NCBI GenBank assembly: GCA_965215185.1
Contig: OZ244034.1
Location: 1,984,001 to 2,048,000 of the forward strand
Length of the DNA stretch: 64,000 nt
Direction of reading: 5' to 3'
Source: Acidimicrobiia bacterium
GTDB taxonomy: Bacteria; Actinomycetota; Acidimicrobiia; Spongiisociales; ZC4RG35
This document shows positions 60,411 to 64,000 of this stretch, piece by piece. The notes under the pieces are model-generated. The model was not told the DNA's origin. It did not search any database and saw only the letters and a list, made by a program, of their open reading frames with translations. Position 1 is the stretch's first letter. Each line of letters starts with the position of its first letter. The position numbers and the translations under genes were made by a program.

Positions 60411-62045
60411 ATGGACAAATACGACTTCCTCATAATCGGCGGCGGATCGGCCGGGTGCGCCCTGGCCAACCGGCTCAGCGCCGACCCTTCCCACCGGGTG
60501 CTGGTATTGGAAGCAGGCCGTCCCGACTATCGCTGGGATGTCTTCATCCACATGCCGGCTGCTCTTACCTACCCGATCGGATCGAAGTACTACGACTGGA
60601 AATACCAGTCGGAGCCCGAACCTTTCATGGGGGGGCGGCGCATCTATCACGCGCGGGGCAAGGTGCTGGGCGGATCCAGTTCCATCAACGGGATGATCTT
60701 CCAGCGCGGCAACCCCATGGACTTCGAAAAGTGGGCGTCCCAACCCGGCATGCAGACGTGGGACTACGCCCACTGCCTTCCTTACTTCAAACGACTGGAA
60801 ACCACTCTGGCGGGGGCCGATGAGTACCGGGGAGACCAAGGGCCGCTCGTCCTTGAGCGGGGACCGGCCGCCAATCCCTTGTTCCAGGCTTTTTTCGAAG
60901 CCGGAGAGCAGGCCGGGATCCCCAACACCACCGATGTGAACGGCTACCGGCAGGAGGGCTTCGCCGCCTTCGACGCCAACCGCCACCGAGGACGGCGACT
61001 GAGCGCCTCCCGCGCTTACCTGCATCCAGTGATGAACCGGCCCAATCTGTCGTTAATAACCCGGGCGCACGCCACGCGGATCCTGTTCCGGGGAGACCGC
61101 GCGGTCGGCGTGGAATATCGCAAGGGACGTGAGCTGCGGCGGGTGGAGGGAGCGGAATTGATCCTCTGCGGAGGGTCAATCAACTCACCACAGCTGCTGA
61201 TGCTCTCGGGAATCGGGCCTCGTGCGCATCTGGAATCGATGGGGATCGACGTGGTGGCCGACCTTCCCGGAGTAGGACAGAACCTCCAAGACCACCTGGA
61301 GGTGTACGTCCAGCACGCCTCTTTGAAGCCGGTGTCGCTTCAACCCTATCTAGCCAAATGGCGGATGCCCTGGATCGGACTCCAATGGCTGTTCCGCACC
61401 GGCCCCGCCACCAGCAACCACTTCGAGGGCGGCGGGTTCGTGCGGGGCAACGACCGGGTTGACTATCCGAACCTGATGCTTCACTTCCTGCCGGTGGCGA
61501 TCCGTTACGACGGCTCGGTCCCGGCCAAGGGGCACGGCTATCAGGTGCATGTCGGCCCCATGTATACCGATGTGCGGGGAAGCCTGTCGCTTCGTTCTGC
61601 CGATCCCTTCGACAAGCCGGCGCTGCGCTTCAACTACCTGTCCACGCCCGAGGACCGCCGCCAGTGGGTGGAAGCCGTGCAAACCGTGCGCCACATCCTC
61701 AGCCAGCCGGCCTTCGAGGAGTTCGATGGCGGGGAACTATCGCCTGGCCCGGCGGTGCAGACCGACGAGGAGATCCTCGCCTGGGTGGGCAGCGATGGGG
61801 AGACCGCTCTCCACCCCTCCTGCACGGCCAAGATGGGAGTCGACGAGATGGCGGTGGTAAAGCCCACCGACCTGCGAGTGCACGGCATAGAAGGGCTACG
61901 GGTAGTGGACGCCTCGGTGATGCCCACCATCACCAACGGAAACATCTACGCGCCGGTGATGATGATCGCCGAACGCGCCGCCGACGCCATCCTCGGCAAC
62001 ACCCTCCTTGCCCCCGAACACGTCGAGTGGTACCGCCACGGTTGA
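60411..62045 (+). CDS. betA: Choline dehydrogenase
   Basis: [35 protein letters not shown] and ALHPSCT motifs. Confidence 0.93.
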   Translation: MDKYDFLIIGGGSAGCALANRLSADPSHRVLVLEAGRPDYRWDVFIHMPAALTYPIGSKYYDWKYQSEPEPFMGGRRIYHARGKVLGGSSSINGMIFQRGNPMDFEKWASQPGMQTWDYAHCLPYFKRLETTLAGADEYRGDQGPLVLERGPAANPLFQAFFEAGEQAGIPNTTDVNGYRQEGFAAFDANRHRGRRLSASRAYLHPVMNRPNLSLITRAHATRILFRGDRAVGVEYRKGRELRRVEGAELILCGGSINSPQLLMLSGIGPRAHLESMGIDVVADLPGVGQNLQDHLEVYVQHASLKPVSLQPYLAKWRMPWIGLQWLFRTGPATSNHFEGGGFVRGNDRVDYPNLMLHFLPVAIRYDGSVPAKGHGYQVHVGPMYTDVRGSLSLRSADPFDKPALRFNYLSTPEDRRQWVEAVQTVRHILSQPAFEEFDGGELSPGPAVQTDEEILAWVGSDGETALHPSCTAKMGVDEMAVVKPTDLRVHGIEGLRVVDASVMPTITNGNIYAPVMMIAERAADAILGNTLLAPEHVEWYRHG

Positions 62046-62105
62046 AGTCCCCTCACTGATGGATGGGTTAGGCCTCTCCCGAGATCAAGGTAGCGTGATA
62101 CCTCT

Positions 62106-63203
62106 ATGGAGCGGATAGTCCCTTCCTACAAAGGGAACAACCTGGTAAACCTGGTAGCGGAGTTAGAACGCCGCCTCACCGGACACTCCCCTACCCGGGG
62201 CCTGCGCTCTGATCTTGCCGATCTGATTCCTTCCGCTCGGAATTATCTGTTGGTGATCATTGATGGGTTGGGGACCGGCCAACTCTCCCATCCCAACGCT
62301 CGGGTACTGCGGTCATCGCATCAAGGCGACTTGGAGGCGCCCTTCCCCACCACCACCACTGTGAGCCTCTCATCGATATGCACCGGGCTCACTCCCATCC
62401 AGCATGGGGTAATCGGCTACCGCCAATGGTTCCCTGATCTGGGCAAGGTGGTGAGCCTGCTGCGATGGACCGACTTGTCCGGGAAAGTGGTCAAATACAA
62501 CACCGCTTCCTTTCTTCCCGCTCCCAACCTTTGGGAGCGACTCACAGCCCGACAGGCACGGGGAATGATCGTCCAACCGTCGGAGTTTTCGGACACGCCG
62601 CTAAGCAAGATGCTCTATCTGGGAGCGGAGATGCGAGTCTATTCATCGCCCGTCGAAGTCGACCCGGCCTATCTGGTTGCCCGGTCGGCACGCACCTTGG
62701 CGATCATCTACTACCACGCGGTGGATGTAGCCGCCCATGAAAAGGGCCAGCGATCGCAAGAGTACCGCGAAGCTATGAGCGGCGCCGACCGGCTCTGGGA
62801 GAGACTGGCCCACCGGCTTCCCTCCAACACGGTGATGGTGGGAACCTCCGACCACGGGCACATCGACATTCCGCCGGACGGCAAAATCAACCTGGCTAAA
62901 GCCGACACCGCGGGAATGCGCTGGTGGGGAGACAGCAGGTCTTTGATGCTCGCCGGACCTGGGGAACGGATCGAAGAACTCGCCGTGCGGACCGACTCCA
63001 AGTTGGTTCACGCCAACGAACTTCGAAGGTGGCTGGGCCGAGGCCGACCCCATCCCGAGCTGGAATCCCGGATGCCCGACGCCGTCCTAATCGCGGCGGA
63101 CAATACGGGAATCTTCCCCAAAGGGATGGACACCCGAAAAGTCGGCCATCACGGCGGCCTCACCCCCGCAGAAGTCCAGATCCCCCTGCTGGTGGTTCAG
63201 TGA
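62106..63203 (+). CDS. Alkaline phosphatase superfamily phosphodiesterase (paralogue of 28200..29294)
   Basis: IIDGLG, FPTTT, TSDHGH and GHHGG motifs. Confidence 0.88.
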   Translation: MERIVPSYKGNNLVNLVAELERRLTGHSPTRGLRSDLADLIPSARNYLLVIIDGLGTGQLSHPNARVLRSSHQGDLEAPFPTTTTVSLSSICTGLTPIQHGVIGYRQWFPDLGKVVSLLRWTDLSGKVVKYNTASFLPAPNLWERLTARQARGMIVQPSEFSDTPLSKMLYLGAEMRVYSSPVEVDPAYLVARSARTLAIIYYHAVDVAAHEKGQRSQEYREAMSGADRLWERLAHRLPSNTVMVGTSDHGHIDIPPDGKINLAKADTAGMRWWGDSRSLMLAGPGERIEELAVRTDSKLVHANELRRWLGRGRPHPELESRMPDAVLIAADNTGIFPKGMDTRKVGHHGGLTPAEVQIPLLVVQ

Positions 63204-63357
63204 GACGACCCGGTATCAAGTATCCCTGCAGTACCGTGCAGCGGATTCGCCCGCCGGGGGGCGGCTCCGGTGGCGGCTTTTCACCATCTGATGATTCCCA
63301 ATCCTTCTCAAAGAAGGGCTCAACAGGGCGTCACACCCTTTTGATAGGGTCAGGCAT

Positions 63358-64000
63358 GTGATTTTTCCTGGACCTGATGTGTTGGGGAGGGGGGTGGTGG
63401 TGGCCGCTGGTGGGCGGTCGCCGCTGGAGGAGGCTGAGCGGGTGGTGGTTGGGCAGGAGGTGCTGGCTGACCAGGGGCGGCTGGAGGAGACGGTGGATTT
63501 GCTGCATCGGGCGTGGGTGGGGCGACGGCCGGTTACGGTGGAACTTGGGATAGCGGTGTCGCAGCTGCGTCAACCGGTGGTGGAGCAGCGGGCTCCTTGG
63601 ATGCTCGGTCCTGGGTACACCCCGCTTAGCGAGAGGCTTCACTTTCTGGTGTGGGCCAACAACTGGGATGCCCGCAACGGTGAGCCGATCTGGTGGTGGA
63701 GCCGCAAGGCCGAGCGCCTGGGCGCGAGTATTGGTGGGCAGGCAGATGTCATCCTCCCGGGTGGGCAGCAGGCGTGGGTGGATGGAGGCCCGCGCGCTCC
63801 CCTGGAAATCCCCGTTGTTCACTCGCAGACGGTGGAACTGGGGCGGCTGACTCTCCAACCCGCCTTTACGGCCACCCTCGCCGATCTGGCCGACGATCAG
63901 CGGGCCGCGGTGGAACACCACTCGGGACCCATCCGGGTGATAGCTCCGGCCGGGTCGGGAAAGACCCGCACCCTCAACGCCCGTCTTCTGCACCTGGTCG
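63358..64000 (+). CDS. UvrD-family helicase (3'-partial, not in the ORF track)
   Basis: Open frame from GTG 63358 to the window end; LADDQRAAVEH..PIRVIAPAGSGKTRTL. Confidence 0.85.
   Translation, partial: MIFPGPDVLGRGVVVAAGGRSPLEEAERVVVGQEVLADQGRLEETVDLLHRAWVGRRPVTVELGIAVSQLRQPVVEQRAPWMLGPGYTPLSERLHFLVWANNWDARNGEPIWWWSRKAERLGASIGGQADVILPGGQQAWVDGGPRAPLEIPVVHSQTVELGRLTLQPAFTATLADLADDQRAAVEHHSGPIRVIAPAGSGKTRTLNARLLHLV

Overview
GC-rich actinobacterial chromosome segment, probably Acidimicrobiia (inferred from the SLH-repeat style and gene content). It has three parts. (1) Left, 1-9 kb: a DUF2339 membrane protein, a coxMSL-like molybdenum hydroxylase operon, a decayed regulator/membrane-protein pair and rtcB. 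(2) About 9.0-31.9 kb: a heavily decayed accessory island running off the 3' end of tRNA-Lys(UUU) (31881-31956, minus strand). Nine co-oriented, att-like repeats punctuate it (GGTGG-N8-CCACC core, then CCCCTGACCTG, then paired 22-23 bp-spaced direct repeats). Cargo between and beyond them includes a CxxU selenoprotein with a SECIS, a GATase, lipoproteins, orphan TA/antitoxin genes, a TIGR02391(HEPN-like)+UvrD pair, a kinase/Dbr1-like phosphoesterase/AbiEi/HEAT cluster, Dnd-like remnants and several transposon ends. (3) Right, 32-64 kb: core-like metabolism with a Fe3+ ABC transporter, Fic, aromatic amino acid decarboxylase, an 11-subunit nuo operon lacking nuoEFG, betC/betA and a partial UvrD helicase. 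The best candidate for an undescribed system is the repeat-delimited cassette ladder anchored at tRNA-Lys. No cognate recombinase is visible in this window. All family calls come from motif recognition by eye; no searches were run.
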